From Verrucomicrobiota bacterium (GTDB lineage: Bacteria > Verrucomicrobiota > Verrucomicrobiia > Opitutales > Coraliomargaritaceae): DNA of 64,000 nucleotides. Numbering within the stretch: position 1 is the first letter of the stretch; each line of letters opens with the position of its first letter. The position numbers were made by a program, and so were the translations under genes. The stretch spans positions 96,001 through 160,000 of the forward strand of contig JBCBZJ010000002.1 in assembly GCA_039815375.1 (NCBI GenBank), read 5' to 3'. Of this stretch, positions 52,545 to 63,027 are shown one piece after another. The notes beneath the pieces were generated by a model, which was not told the origin of the DNA, did not search any database, and worked only from the letters and a program-made list of their open reading frames with translations.

Positions 52545-54479
52545 TTAACTTTTCACCAGCTTTAGGAGTTGATCCTTCTCCTCATCGTTGATGTCCGCAT
52601 CCAGTATAGCTGATTCGGCTGTTTTCGGATCTTTCTGTAGCAATTGCTGGACCGAACTTTGCATCATGTTCATTCGAGAGCTCTTATTCTCAATTGTAGA
52701 GGACCAAATCAGCGCGGAGTCCGGATCGTAACGAACGATGTTATTGACCAGTCCCTTCACCGCACTGTCCCGTTGCGGACCGGTTTCAAGTCCGGCGATC
52801 CATTCCGAAGCTGCTATCGAGTCGAATCTCATATATGTATTTGTCACGTCCTGATAAAGCTGATCCAGCTGCTCTGAATCTTCCATGATGCTCTTGCCCA
52901 GCCAGTCGACCGCTTCTTCCGGGTTCTGTTTGGAAACACTTAAAACGCACATGGAGAGGAATTCGTCGCGTTCTTCTGGGGCGACATCGGAAAGAACATA
53001 CTCCACTGCCTGCTGCATGTTCTGTCCTGCCAGAGTTTTAACTAGAGAAGTCTGTGCTTCGTTAAAGGCTTTTTCATCTTCGATGCTGTTCACCCAGGCC
53101 AGTGCCTTACCATAATCGTATGCAGCAAGATCGCCGGAAATGCGTCCGGCGATTCGCCTTTCCAGATAAACGTCATCGAGTAAATTCAGTTGTTCGATGG
53201 CCTCTTCCGGGGTATCTTTCATTATTGATTCAGCCACCGAACTGAGGACTGCCTGCCGTTCGTCTTCGAAGTCGAGTGAGTTCGCGAAATCCATGGCAGC
53301 GGCTATATCCTGATTCGCCATTTTGTTGGCGAGATTGTTGATTGCGTACATTCGGCTTCGTCCCAATGGGAGGTTAATAACGAAGTCAATCGTCCGAGCC
53401 TGATCCTCACTCATCATTTGATCGATAAAGGGACTTACACTCCTCGCAGAACCATTTGCTTCCAGCCATTCGTAGACCTGTAGTACCTCGTCGAAGCTCT
53501 TTCCTTTGATAAGCCCATAGGTGTTTATCATTCGGACCATCTGACGTCGTTTTGCGGCATCAGGCTCTGAATTGGCAATGGCTTCGGCTTCTTCAATCGT
53601 CGTAGGAAGACTTAAAGTCCCATTGAGAGAGAGCAGAGCTCTGCTAACCGAAGCATCCATAGGTAATGACTCCAGCCAAGCCTTCGCGGCTAGAGGATCT
53701 TTACCGTAAGTAGACTGAATCAGGCCGGTCAGAGCGGAAGTTTTTTGCTGCCCTGCCGGCAAATTCGAAGCAAGCAATTGCGCACGCGATGGGTCTGATT
53801 TCGCAATCCCCTTGAAAACACTCCGGTAGAGAGATTTTAGACTCTGGTCCTTTTTTAATTCAGGTTGCTGAAGCATTTGCAGAACACGTTCCGGATTGTC
53901 TTTCGATACCTCATTCAAGAAAAAACCGATTGCGATTGGGAAAGGCATGCCATCCGGAAGGTCTGGTGGATTCCGGATATAAGCCCATGCGGCATCAAAA
54001 TCCACTTTGGCCAGTTGACTCAGAGCCTTCATGCGCCGCTTCTGGCGAAAGTCGCCTTGCGGGAGTGCATCTAAATAACCAAGCATACTTTTCGGGTCGG
54101 TTTCAGCCCAGCTTTCCAAGAGCCCGTTGATAAAAGTCTGGTGCTGTTTCGCTTCCACTCCGAGCAGGCTATCGATCACGTCACCATACTCACTTATCGA
54201 TAACGATGCCATGGCGGTGTAGAGACTTGCAAGTCGCTGGCTTCGCGGCAGGCCATCCAGCGAGCTGAGCCAAGCCCCGTAGTCATCAATCTCTTCGATA
54301 AGCATCCGTGGACCGGGGTTCTCCGGGCTTCTGTCAATGGGATAGGATACAGAAACGACATCCTCAACGAGAGAGAATGGCGATGAGGCACTCTGACTAG
54401 TCTCGATCTTCTTGTGAAACAATAGATAACCTAGTCCAGTTCCGGCAAGAAGTGTGAGAATGGGAAAAAGAAACTTCAT
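52545..54479 (-). CDS. Membrane-anchored alpha-helical repeat protein, paralogue 3
   Basis: As paralogue 1. Confidence 0.75.
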   Translation of the reverse strand: MKFLFPILTLLAGTGLGYLLFHKKIETSQSASSPFSLVEDVVSVSYPIDRSPENPGPRMLIEEIDDYGAWLSSLDGLPRSQRLASLYTAMASLSISEYGDVIDSLLGVEAKQHQTFINGLLESWAETDPKSMLGYLDALPQGDFRQKRRMKALSQLAKVDFDAAWAYIRNPPDLPDGMPFPIAIGFFLNEVSKDNPERVLQMLQQPELKKDQSLKSLYRSVFKGIAKSDPSRAQLLASNLPAGQQKTSALTGLIQSTYGKDPLAAKAWLESLPMDASVSRALLSLNGTLSLPTTIEEAEAIANSEPDAAKRRQMVRMINTYGLIKGKSFDEVLQVYEWLEANGSARSVSPFIDQMMSEDQARTIDFVINLPLGRSRMYAINNLANKMANQDIAAAMDFANSLDFEDERQAVLSSVAESIMKDTPEEAIEQLNLLDDVYLERRIAGRISGDLAAYDYGKALAWVNSIEDEKAFNEAQTSLVKTLAGQNMQQAVEYVLSDVAPEERDEFLSMCVLSVSKQNPEEAVDWLGKSIMEDSEQLDQLYQDVTNTYMRFDSIAASEWIAGLETGPQRDSAVKGLVNNIVRYDPDSALIWSSTIENKSSRMNMMQSSVQQLLQKDPKTAESAILDADINDEEKDQLLKLVKS

Positions 54480-54578
54480 TTTGATGTGAGGTTATCATGG
54501 AGAATTTGTAGGATCAAGTGCTATGGATATTTAGCAATGGCTACTGACGAAACTCTACTTGCGAGAAAAGCGTAACTG

Positions 54579-56336
54579 ATGTCTTTTCTAGATGTGTCCA
54601 ATATGGAAACCATAGTTTTTGATGAGCTGTCTCGTTCGAATGTGAACTCGGCATGGGGTGCTTTGGCGATGGAGGTGTTGACTCGCCTAGGCGTGCAGAC
54701 CGTGGTTATCTCACCAGGTTCTCGCTCGACACCGCTGACTGTGGCTGCGGCGCGCAATCCGAAGCTGGAAACACTCACGTTTTTGGATGAACGCTCTGCA
54801 AGTTTTTTTGCCTTGGGAATCGCGAAGCGGACGCATCGTCCGGTTGCGCTGGTGTGCACCTCAGGTTCGGCACTAGCTAATTACATGCCGGCGATTGTGG
54901 AAGCCTCGATGAGTGGCACACCTCTGCTTTTTCTGACCGCCGACCGTCCGCCTGAGTTGCAAGACTGCAACTCGGGCCAAACGATCGACCAAGTCAAGAT
55001 CTTCGGCGAGTATGTGCGGCACTTCCACAATCTTGCAGTGCCTGAACTTGGACTTTTTGACTACCTGCGTCAGGCACTGGTGCATGGTGTCGCGCAATCG
55101 CTTCAACCAAAGCCGGGGCCTGTGCATTTGAATTTTCCGTTCCGCGATCCATTGGCTCCGACGAAGGGTGTGAAAGCGATTTGCATGGCCGAAAGCTTGG
55201 AGAGGGCGGCAACTGTCATCACTCGGCCCTGCGAGGCGGTTACTACGGTTAGCGGTTTCGATACTGTAGCCGTTGAGCGTTTGATGAGCCACCCGAGAGG
55301 TGTCATTGTTGTTGGCACCGAGAATCCACCCAGTGGCGGTAATGCTTTTGCAGATGCGGTTGCAATTTTGTCCGACAAGCTTGGCTGGCCGATCATCTCC
55401 GATGTGTTGAATCCATTGCGGAACCACGCAGTCGAGAAAGGGCTTTTGGTTACGACCTATGATGCTTTTCTGCGGGATGCTGAAACCGCCAATAGTTTAC
55501 AACCCACCGCGGTTCTCCAAATTGGGAATTTGCCGACGAGCAAGGTTGTGCGTGCCTGGCTGGCTGATGCGAATGCCAGCAATTTCCAACTCACTCGTCT
55601 AAGTGACAATACTGATCCACTTCATCGTGTGGCGACGCCACTCTACGGGGATGTGCACGCTCTCGCGGAGCTTCTGCCCGATCAGAAGTCCGATTCGGCG
55701 TGGATGGATCAATGGAAAGCAGCTGAGTCCGCCACCCGTGAAGCAATCGATGCTAAGCTCGCTGCGATGGATGGGCTGTTTGAGGGCAAGGCGGTTTGGC
55801 TGCTCTCCCAATACGCCCCGACTGGCACCTCTGTATTCCTGGCAAACAGTATGAGCGTGCGCTACGGCGAGTATTTTTGGAAGCCTGGCAATCGTGGGAT
55901 TTCGATCTACTCCAACCGGGGTGCAAATGGTATCGACGGCACGCTAAGCACCGCGATGGGTGTGGCGCATGGTAGCCGAAAAGCGATTCTGCTGGCAGGT
56001 GATTTGGCTTTCCTTCACGACAGCAACGGTCTACTTGCCGGAAGCCAAATGAGTGGAAGCTTAACTGTTGTTGTTATCAATAACCGGGGAAGTGGTATTT
56101 TCGAGTATCTGCCGATATCAGATCAGGAGGAGGTGTTTGAGACGCATTTTGCCACACCGCAGACGGTGGATTTTGAAAAGCTGTGCGCTGCGCATGGCGT
56201 GACTTACGAACGTATTCAGGATTGGGATACGTTTGAGGAAGTTGTTTCCGCGCCGCCAGACCCGGGCTTGCGCGTTCTAGAACTGAAAACAGATCGCAAA
56301 GCGGATGTTGCAACGCTACGGTCGTTGTTCGCCTAA
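54579..56336 (+). CDS. menD: SEPHCHC synthase (true start possibly 54603)
   Basis: ISPGSRSTPL, DERSASFFALG, CTSGSALANY, TADRPPEL, NRGANGIDG, GDLAFLHD. Confidence 0.95.
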   Translation: MSFLDVSNMETIVFDELSRSNVNSAWGALAMEVLTRLGVQTVVISPGSRSTPLTVAAARNPKLETLTFLDERSASFFALGIAKRTHRPVALVCTSGSALANYMPAIVEASMSGTPLLFLTADRPPELQDCNSGQTIDQVKIFGEYVRHFHNLAVPELGLFDYLRQALVHGVAQSLQPKPGPVHLNFPFRDPLAPTKGVKAICMAESLERAATVITRPCEAVTTVSGFDTVAVERLMSHPRGVIVVGTENPPSGGNAFADAVAILSDKLGWPIISDVLNPLRNHAVEKGLLVTTYDAFLRDAETANSLQPTAVLQIGNLPTSKVVRAWLADANASNFQLTRLSDNTDPLHRVATPLYGDVHALAELLPDQKSDSAWMDQWKAAESATREAIDAKLAAMDGLFEGKAVWLLSQYAPTGTSVFLANSMSVRYGEYFWKPGNRGISIYSNRGANGIDGTLSTAMGVAHGSRKAILLAGDLAFLHDSNGLLAGSQMSGSLTVVVINNRGSGIFEYLPISDQEEVFETHFATPQTVDFEKLCAAHGVTYERIQDWDTFEEVVSAPPDPGLRVLELKTDRKADVATLRSLFA

Positions 56337-56367
56337 GTTTTGCCCGAACTGCTGAAGGCAGCTGCCC

Positions 56368-56529
56368 CTAATTTGAGCGCTTCTTCTTTTTCGAAGGCTG
56401 CCTGCTAGGTCCTTTGCGGGCTTTCTTTTTCGCTTCGGTTTCGTCGCCTGTTCCGTCACGTGCTTCCCAGCGCTTCGATTCAGCCGTTCGCTGGTTGATC
56501 TTTTTGAAGTTCGCCTTGTCCCAGTCCAT
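56368..56529 (-). CDS. Small basic hypothetical protein (53 aa)
   Basis: Hand translation: MDWDKANFKKINQRTAESKRWEARDGTGDETEAKKKARKGPSRQPSKKKKRSN; below the ORF-track cutoff. Confidence 0.5.
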   Translation of the reverse strand: MDWDKANFKKINQRTAESKRWEARDGTGDETEAKKKARKGPSRQPSKKKKRSN

Positions 56530-56628
56530 TTAGGAAATTATTGCCTTAACTTTTATCGTAATCTTACTCCGTTGCGAGCTAGGTGATTGGAGTTTTGGGA
56601 ATTAGATAAAGAGTGGGTTTGAGATTTG

Positions 56629-57390
<762 letters not shown>

Positions 57391-57392
57391 GC

Positions 57393-57460
57393 TGTTGGTT
57401 GTTGGTTGTTTACTGCGAGCTGAGAGTGGTTGAGGACGATCAACTACCAACCATCAATTC
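57393..57460. repeat. Heptamer tandem repeats in inverted arrangement
   Basis: TGTTGGT TGTTGGT TGTT ... CAACTAC CAACCAT CAATTC. Confidence 0.6.
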
Positions 57461-57467
57461 CTGTCTG

Positions 57468-59243
57468 CTATTCGTCTGCAAATACTATGTTCGGTTCAAA
57501 CGAGAGGGCGAGGCGATACTGCTGCCCAGGGCGCATGACCAGCGGGTGGTCGCGCTCGAGAATTTGCAGGTAATGCATGTTGCCGTAATAGGTGCGAAAC
57601 TCGGGGTTGTCAGTGACGGTTTCGAGTTCTTTCCACTGTGCTTGGAAATCGTCTTTGGTGACTTCAGTGCGGTGGCCCTCGGGGCCGAGTGTAAATGAGG
57701 TGCCGACACGATAGCTGCTATGTGGTGCAGCGATGGCGAGAATGTAGCGCATCTTGTCGAGTTGCACCTGTTGTTTCACCGAGAAGCTGTATTCGCAGCT
57801 TATTTTACCGGCTTTGAAAGACCAAGTGACTTTGGAGCTGCCGAGACCGTTGACTAATTCCTCGTCCTTTGTGATTAGTTCGGGCTGGTCGTATTTGAAG
57901 TTAAGTGCGTTACGCAGACCCATGCTGGTAGTAACATTCTTACCGTAAAAAGAAGGCACGATAACCTTGTCACCAAAAGTGAGCTCCGGTTGCATGATAG
58001 GTAGATACTTGTCGACCGGCCAGTCGAAGATGCCCGGCGAATGCGGGAAGGCGAGGTAGCCGGAGGTATTTTTACCTAGCTTACTTGAAGCAATCAGAGG
58101 TAGCTGGAAGGCGAGGCCGGAGTCTGGGTCTTGGTAGACAAAAAGGCCTTGCTCCTTTTTGTGAGACTTGTCGAAACTAACATAGCGCGCGACCTTGCGT
58201 GGTGGAACAGGCTTTTCAGGTGCTGCACTGCCGCCGGTGGCACGTGCGAGGCGCGACCACTGGCAGAGGTAGCGGGCCGCATCGAAGTTCGCCATTCGTG
58301 TCGTGTGGTACGGAACAGTGCTGCGTTCATTATCACGGATGACGAGATAACCGTGCTCTTGGTCGAGGTAGGTTACGAAGAAGTTCATGAAGAGCCGGCG
58401 GACCGCGTCGACGTAAATGTCACGCTGATTACCGGTGACCCAGCCATCACGAAGTGCTTGAAGGGCTAGGCTGATACAGTGCATCTGGCCGTAGGCCCCA
58501 AGAGAACGACCGTAGGCCCAACCGGTGCCGTCCTGCCGAGCAAGATCCGGGATAAGCTTAAGGTATTTCTCAGAGTAAGTGCGGAGGCTGGGGAGCTTTC
58601 GGTCGCGAAGGTGAATATTCGCATGGAGCTGTAGGGCTTGACGAATAAAGACGAAGCTGAGCACGCCATAGATGTCGAAACATCCGCTGAGCCGCGATCC
58701 TTCGCCGCCGGCATCATCGAAGTAGCCTGTGGAGGAGCTGGCATCGATCCGCTCGAGGAAGCGGTCGATCAAGCGACCGGTTTCATCTTTCTTTGACAGG
58801 CCAAGGCTGAAACGAGTAACCGCCTTCGCGATGTTGAAGGCCTGAAAGTGGTTTTCGCAGTCGCTCCGCTCAAGAAGTAGTTTGTCGAGCTGCTCGCGTG
58901 TCGGATCCATGAGGCGCTCCCAGACCGGGTTGCGATCTTTGGCCGGGCTGAAAGAGAGGAGGCCAAGTGCAGCGTAGGCGAGGCCGTTTTCCAATTCTTC
59001 CGGAGCGAAGGCTTGAGCCGTAATAACGCGGGCGGAGAGATCGATTAGATCAAAGCTACCCAGTTGTGTTTCATTCGTGGCACGAAAATATTCGCCAATC
59101 GCGAGTGCGGCATGGCCTGGCTCGTCGAGCCGACTATCTTCCCCTGCAACGGGAGTGATGGTTCCTTGTTCTCCAATGGAACCCAAGTTTTGACCCAAAA
59201 TAGACTGGGCCATGTCGAGGCATTGATCTGCAAAATTTTCCAT
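57468..59243 (-). CDS. Conserved hypothetical protein (helical N-domain, beta-rich C-domain)
   Basis: Long ORF with gene-like composition; likely start MENFADQC (59243); family not recognised. Confidence 0.7.
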   Translation of the reverse strand: MENFADQCLDMAQSILGQNLGSIGEQGTITPVAGEDSRLDEPGHAALAIGEYFRATNETQLGSFDLIDLSARVITAQAFAPEELENGLAYAALGLLSFSPAKDRNPVWERLMDPTREQLDKLLLERSDCENHFQAFNIAKAVTRFSLGLSKKDETGRLIDRFLERIDASSSTGYFDDAGGEGSRLSGCFDIYGVLSFVFIRQALQLHANIHLRDRKLPSLRTYSEKYLKLIPDLARQDGTGWAYGRSLGAYGQMHCISLALQALRDGWVTGNQRDIYVDAVRRLFMNFFVTYLDQEHGYLVIRDNERSTVPYHTTRMANFDAARYLCQWSRLARATGGSAAPEKPVPPRKVARYVSFDKSHKKEQGLFVYQDPDSGLAFQLPLIASSKLGKNTSGYLAFPHSPGIFDWPVDKYLPIMQPELTFGDKVIVPSFYGKNVTTSMGLRNALNFKYDQPELITKDEELVNGLGSSKVTWSFKAGKISCEYSFSVKQQVQLDKMRYILAIAAPHSSYRVGTSFTLGPEGHRTEVTKDDFQAQWKELETVTDNPEFRTYYGNMHYLQILERDHPLVMRPGQQYRLALSFEPNIVFADE

Positions 59244-59434
59244 GTTTTGGTGGCGGGCTAAGCCAAGCGCGAAACAGGCTTTGATGCGCCTGCTGGAATA
59301 GCTTGTCAATAGCTTTCAAAATGAAACAAACATGAGAGTTCTATGGCGAAATACATTGACCAGTAAGGTGCGAAGGTTTGGCTAATTTATATTAGGGAGA
59401 GCGTTTGCGCGGAATCTCCCAAAACCACCTACCT

Positions 59435-61399
59435 ATGCCCGAAGACAATACCTCAATGGAGACGGTTTCGCATGAGAGCCGAAAGTTTGAACCGCACGCC
59501 GATTTCGCTGCTAAGGCACATGTCGGTAGTGCCGAAGCCTACCTCAAGCTTTACGAAAAAAGTATTGCAGATCCAGAGAAGTTTTGGGCGGAAGCTGCCG
59601 AGGACCTGCACTGGTTCAAAAAATGGGACTCCGTGCTCGATGAATCCGATCCACCTTTTTTCAGGTGGTTTTCGGGTGCCCGCACTAATATCTGCTATAA
59701 CTGCGTGGATCGCCATCTGGACGGGCCTAATCGCAACAAGGCGGCCATTATCTGGGAGGGTGAGCCCGGTGAAACCCGAGTGCTGACCTATCAGGATGTC
59801 TATCGCGAAGTCTGTAAGTTCGCCAATGGCCTGAAACAGATTGGTATCAAGAAGGGCGACCGGGTTGCGATTTACCTGCCGATGATTCCGGAGCTCGCTT
59901 TGGCGGTGCTGGCCTGTGCTCGGATTGGCGCTGTTCATACCGTCATTTTTGCAGGCTTTTCTGCAGACTCCATTCGCGACCGGGTGAATGATTGTGGCGC
60001 AAAATGCGTTATCACAGCTGACGGCGGCTGGCGACGTGGCCGAGTGCTGCCGCTTAAGAACATCGTCGACGAAGCACTCGAAGGTGCGGAGACGGTGACT
60101 GATGTCGTGATTGTTAAACGTTCTCAGGGCGATCCGTTTCCCTGCCATGTTGTCGATGGTCGAGATCACTGGTATCATCGTCTCGTGCAGGAACAGCCGA
60201 CTGTTTGCCCCTGCGAAGAAATGGAAGCGGAGGACATGCTCTTTCTGCTTTACACTAGTGGCACGACTGGAAAGCCGAAGGGTATTATTCATACGACAGC
60301 CGGTTATATGGTCTACACCTACCTGACCGCGAAGTATATCTTCGATTTGAAACCGGAGGATGTTTACTGGTGCACAGCCGATGTCGGCTGGATTACCGGG
60401 CACAGTTATATTGTCTATGGTCCCATGCAGAGTGCTGCGACTCAGATCGTTTACGAGGGCGCTCCGGATACTCCCGATCAGGGCCGTTTCTGGGATATCG
60501 TTGAGAAATACCGCGCAACGATCTTCTACACGGCTCCTACTGCAATTCGTGCTTTTATGAAGTGGGGCGACCAATGGCTTGAGAAATACGACCTTTCGAG
60601 CCTTCGTTTGTTGGGCACAGTAGGTGAGCCGATCAATCCGGAGGCCTGGATTTGGTATCACACCAAAGTGGGTGCGGGACGTTGCCCCATTGTAGACACT
60701 TGGTGGCAAACCGAGACCGGTGGCCACATGTTGACTCCTATGCCGGGGGCGACGGCGACAAAGCCCGGCTGTGCAACTGTGCCGTTCTTTGGAATAGAAC
60801 CCGCGATTCTTACCGACGAAGGCGAAGAGGTTGAGGCCGGCATTCTCGCGATCAAGAAGCCCTGGCCTGGTATCCTTCGAGGGATATATGGTGATCCGCA
60901 GCGTTTCAAAGACACCTATTGGTGTAAGTGGGGCGGCAAATATTATTTTCCCGGAGACGGTGCACGGCGCGACGAGGATGGTTACATCTGGATTCTCGGC
61001 CGTGTCGATGACGTGGTAAACGTCTCCGGTCACCGGATCGGCACCGCCGAGCTCGAAAGCGTTTTTGTCGAACATAAGGATGTGGCTGAATCGGCCGTTG
61101 TTGGAGTCCCCCACGAAATCAAGGGGCAGGGGCTCATTGCCTTTGTGACGGTCATCCAGGGGCGCGATCACGACGACAACCTTCGCCAAGAGCTGGTTGC
61201 AATGATTGACAAGAGCATTGGCAAATTCGCTCGCCCGGAGCGTATCCTCTTCTCCAACGACCTGCCGAAGACTCGGTCCGGTAAGATCATGCGTCGTCTC
61301 CTGCGTAATATTGCTGAAGGTAGGGAGCTCGGAAATACCACCACGCTAGCGGATCCGAGTGTAGTTGAGCAATTGCAGCGTCAATACGAAGAGGCCTGA
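59435..61399 (+). CDS. acs: Acetyl-CoA synthetase
   Basis: [56 protein letters not shown]. Confidence 0.97.
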   Translation: MPEDNTSMETVSHESRKFEPHADFAAKAHVGSAEAYLKLYEKSIADPEKFWAEAAEDLHWFKKWDSVLDESDPPFFRWFSGARTNICYNCVDRHLDGPNRNKAAIIWEGEPGETRVLTYQDVYREVCKFANGLKQIGIKKGDRVAIYLPMIPELALAVLACARIGAVHTVIFAGFSADSIRDRVNDCGAKCVITADGGWRRGRVLPLKNIVDEALEGAETVTDVVIVKRSQGDPFPCHVVDGRDHWYHRLVQEQPTVCPCEEMEAEDMLFLLYTSGTTGKPKGIIHTTAGYMVYTYLTAKYIFDLKPEDVYWCTADVGWITGHSYIVYGPMQSAATQIVYEGAPDTPDQGRFWDIVEKYRATIFYTAPTAIRAFMKWGDQWLEKYDLSSLRLLGTVGEPINPEAWIWYHTKVGAGRCPIVDTWWQTETGGHMLTPMPGATATKPGCATVPFFGIEPAILTDEGEEVEAGILAIKKPWPGILRGIYGDPQRFKDTYWCKWGGKYYFPGDGARRDEDGYIWILGRVDDVVNVSGHRIGTAELESVFVEHKDVAESAVVGVPHEIKGQGLIAFVTVIQGRDHDDNLRQELVAMIDKSIGKFARPERILFSNDLPKTRSGKIMRRLLRNIAEGRELGNTTTLADPSVVEQLQRQYEEA

Positions 61400-61483
61400 T
61401 TTCAAGACCACGTATTGCAGGCCTCTGCTTTTGCAGTTGAGAGCTAGACAAACGGGCTCAAGCGGCCATCATCCCGACCTTTT

Positions 61484-62350
61484 ATGAAGATTTACATGAA
61501 CGACAGGCTAGTCGACCGGGCTGATGCGAAGGTCTCGGTCTTTGACCACGGTTTGCTCTATGGCGACGGAATATTTGAGGGAATCCGTCTCTACGACGGT
61601 TGCGTGTTCAAACTCGAAGAGCATTTGGAGCGCCTCGAGTTCTCCGCCAAGGCAATTATGTTGGATCTCCCCTGGACGCGTCAGGAAATCTCCGATGCGG
61701 TGTGCGAAACCTGCCGTGCCAATGGACTGAAGGACGGTTATATTCGCCTTGTTGTGACGCGCGGTGAGGGTAGCCTTGGACTCTCGATAAAAAATTGCGA
61801 CAAGCCGCAGCTGATTGTTATTGCTGATAAAATTCAGCTCTATCCTGAGGAATTTTACGAGAAAGGCCTTGAGATCATCACGGTTCCGACTCGGCGTATC
61901 AATCCAGCGGCACTTCCGCCCACGGTCAAATCGCTTAACTATCTGAACAACATTCTTGCTAAAATCGAGGCACAGCACCTCGGTTATCACGAGGCGATTA
62001 TGTTAAACGATCAGGGTTATGTTGCCGAATGCACGGGCGATAACGTCTTTGTCATTCAAAACGGCGAACTCATTACGCCTTCTGCAAGTGCCGGAGCCTT
62101 AAAAGGAATTACCCGTGACACCGCGCTTTCAATTTCTGACGAGCTTGGTATTCTCTGGCGCGAGGCAAACGTCACCCGCTATGACATCTGGATCGCTGAA
62201 GAGCTTTTCCTGACCGGAACTGCGGCTGAGATCATCCCGATTGTCAAGGTGGACGCTCGGCCGATTGGTGATGGAAAGCCCGGCCCGGTCACAGCAAAAT
62301 TTCTAAGGAGTTTCAGGCAGCGTGTCTCGCGCGATGGCACGATGCTTTAG
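61484..62350 (+). CDS. ilvE: Branched-chain amino acid aminotransferase
   Basis: DHGLLYGDGIFEGIR, KSLNYLNNILAK, ECTGDNVF, LKGITR, LTGTAAEI. Confidence 0.95.
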   Translation: MKIYMNDRLVDRADAKVSVFDHGLLYGDGIFEGIRLYDGCVFKLEEHLERLEFSAKAIMLDLPWTRQEISDAVCETCRANGLKDGYIRLVVTRGEGSLGLSIKNCDKPQLIVIADKIQLYPEEFYEKGLEIITVPTRRINPAALPPTVKSLNYLNNILAKIEAQHLGYHEAIMLNDQGYVAECTGDNVFVIQNGELITPSASAGALKGITRDTALSISDELGILWREANVTRYDIWIAEELFLTGTAAEIIPIVKVDARPIGDGKPGPVTAKFLRSFRQRVSRDGTML

Positions 62351-62392
62351 ACCGTTGTAAACTGACTTTCTGGTTCGTCAGTGATGGAAATC

Positions 62393-62408
62393 TGGCACAG
62401 TTCGTGCC
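62393..62408 (+). promoter_or_regulatory. Putative sigma-54 promoter upstream of mcsA
   Basis: TGGCACAGTTCGTGCC fits TGGCAC-N7-GC spacing. Confidence 0.5.
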
Positions 62409-62514
62409 GTTAGTTGTCTAGATGTCGTAAAAGAATGAAAGTTCGCTAAGACTCTTTGCGTAATGCGCGGATAAGTTTTGCGATCTGTAGTAATACTAGT
62501 AATGTTAAAAGACT

Positions 62515-63027
62515 ATGGCTGAGAAATTGAAGTGTAGTAAATGTGACAAGGAAGCGACCGTCCACTTGACTCAAATTGTCAATAACAAGATCATTAAGGT
62601 GGATCTCTGCGAGTCTTGCGCTCAGGCACAAGGAGTTACAGATCCGGAAGGATTCTCACTTGCCGATTTACTGACCAAATCGAACGTTTCCGAACAGTCC
62701 TCTGAGCCAAATTTAAGTTGTCCAGACTGTGGACTGGATACTGCAGATTTTCGTCGCACCGGTCGTCTGGGCTGTTCGACGTGTTTTGAGGTTTTTGCTC
62801 CACTTCTGCGTCCGGTTTTAGAGGATATGCATGTTGGCACAGTCCACAAAGGCAAGGTGCCTGAAGTCGCGATCAGCCGTCAGAGTGCAAATGCCGAGCT
62901 GGAAACACTTGAAAATGCACTGGCTCGTGCAATTGTTGAAGAGGCCTATGAAGAAGCGGCCGAGTATCGCGACAAAATCCAAGTCCTGAAAAATCAATCG
63001 GTGAATTTAGAATTCAGTCAGTCATGA
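62515..63027 (+). CDS. mcsA: McsA (UvrB/UvrC motif, CxxC zinc-binding protein)
   Basis: Four CxxC motifs, GRLGC..C, H.G..HKGK.P, UVR motif AIVEEAYEEAAEYRDKI. Confidence 0.9.
   Translation: MAEKLKCSKCDKEATVHLTQIVNNKIIKVDLCESCAQAQGVTDPEGFSLADLLTKSNVSEQSSEPNLSCPDCGLDTADFRRTGRLGCSTCFEVFAPLLRPVLEDMHVGTVHKGKVPEVAISRQSANAELETLENALARAIVEEAYEEAAEYRDKIQVLKNQSVNLEFSQS

Noticed and set aside
48149..54479. Diversity-generating retroelement or CRISPR explanation for the repeated sequence
   Set aside because: No reverse transcriptase, no adenine-specific TR/VR pattern noticed and no repeat-spacer structure; these are whole-gene duplications.
59453..61189. 578-aa antisense ORF
   Set aside because: Codon-aligned shadow of acs with no recognisable motifs.
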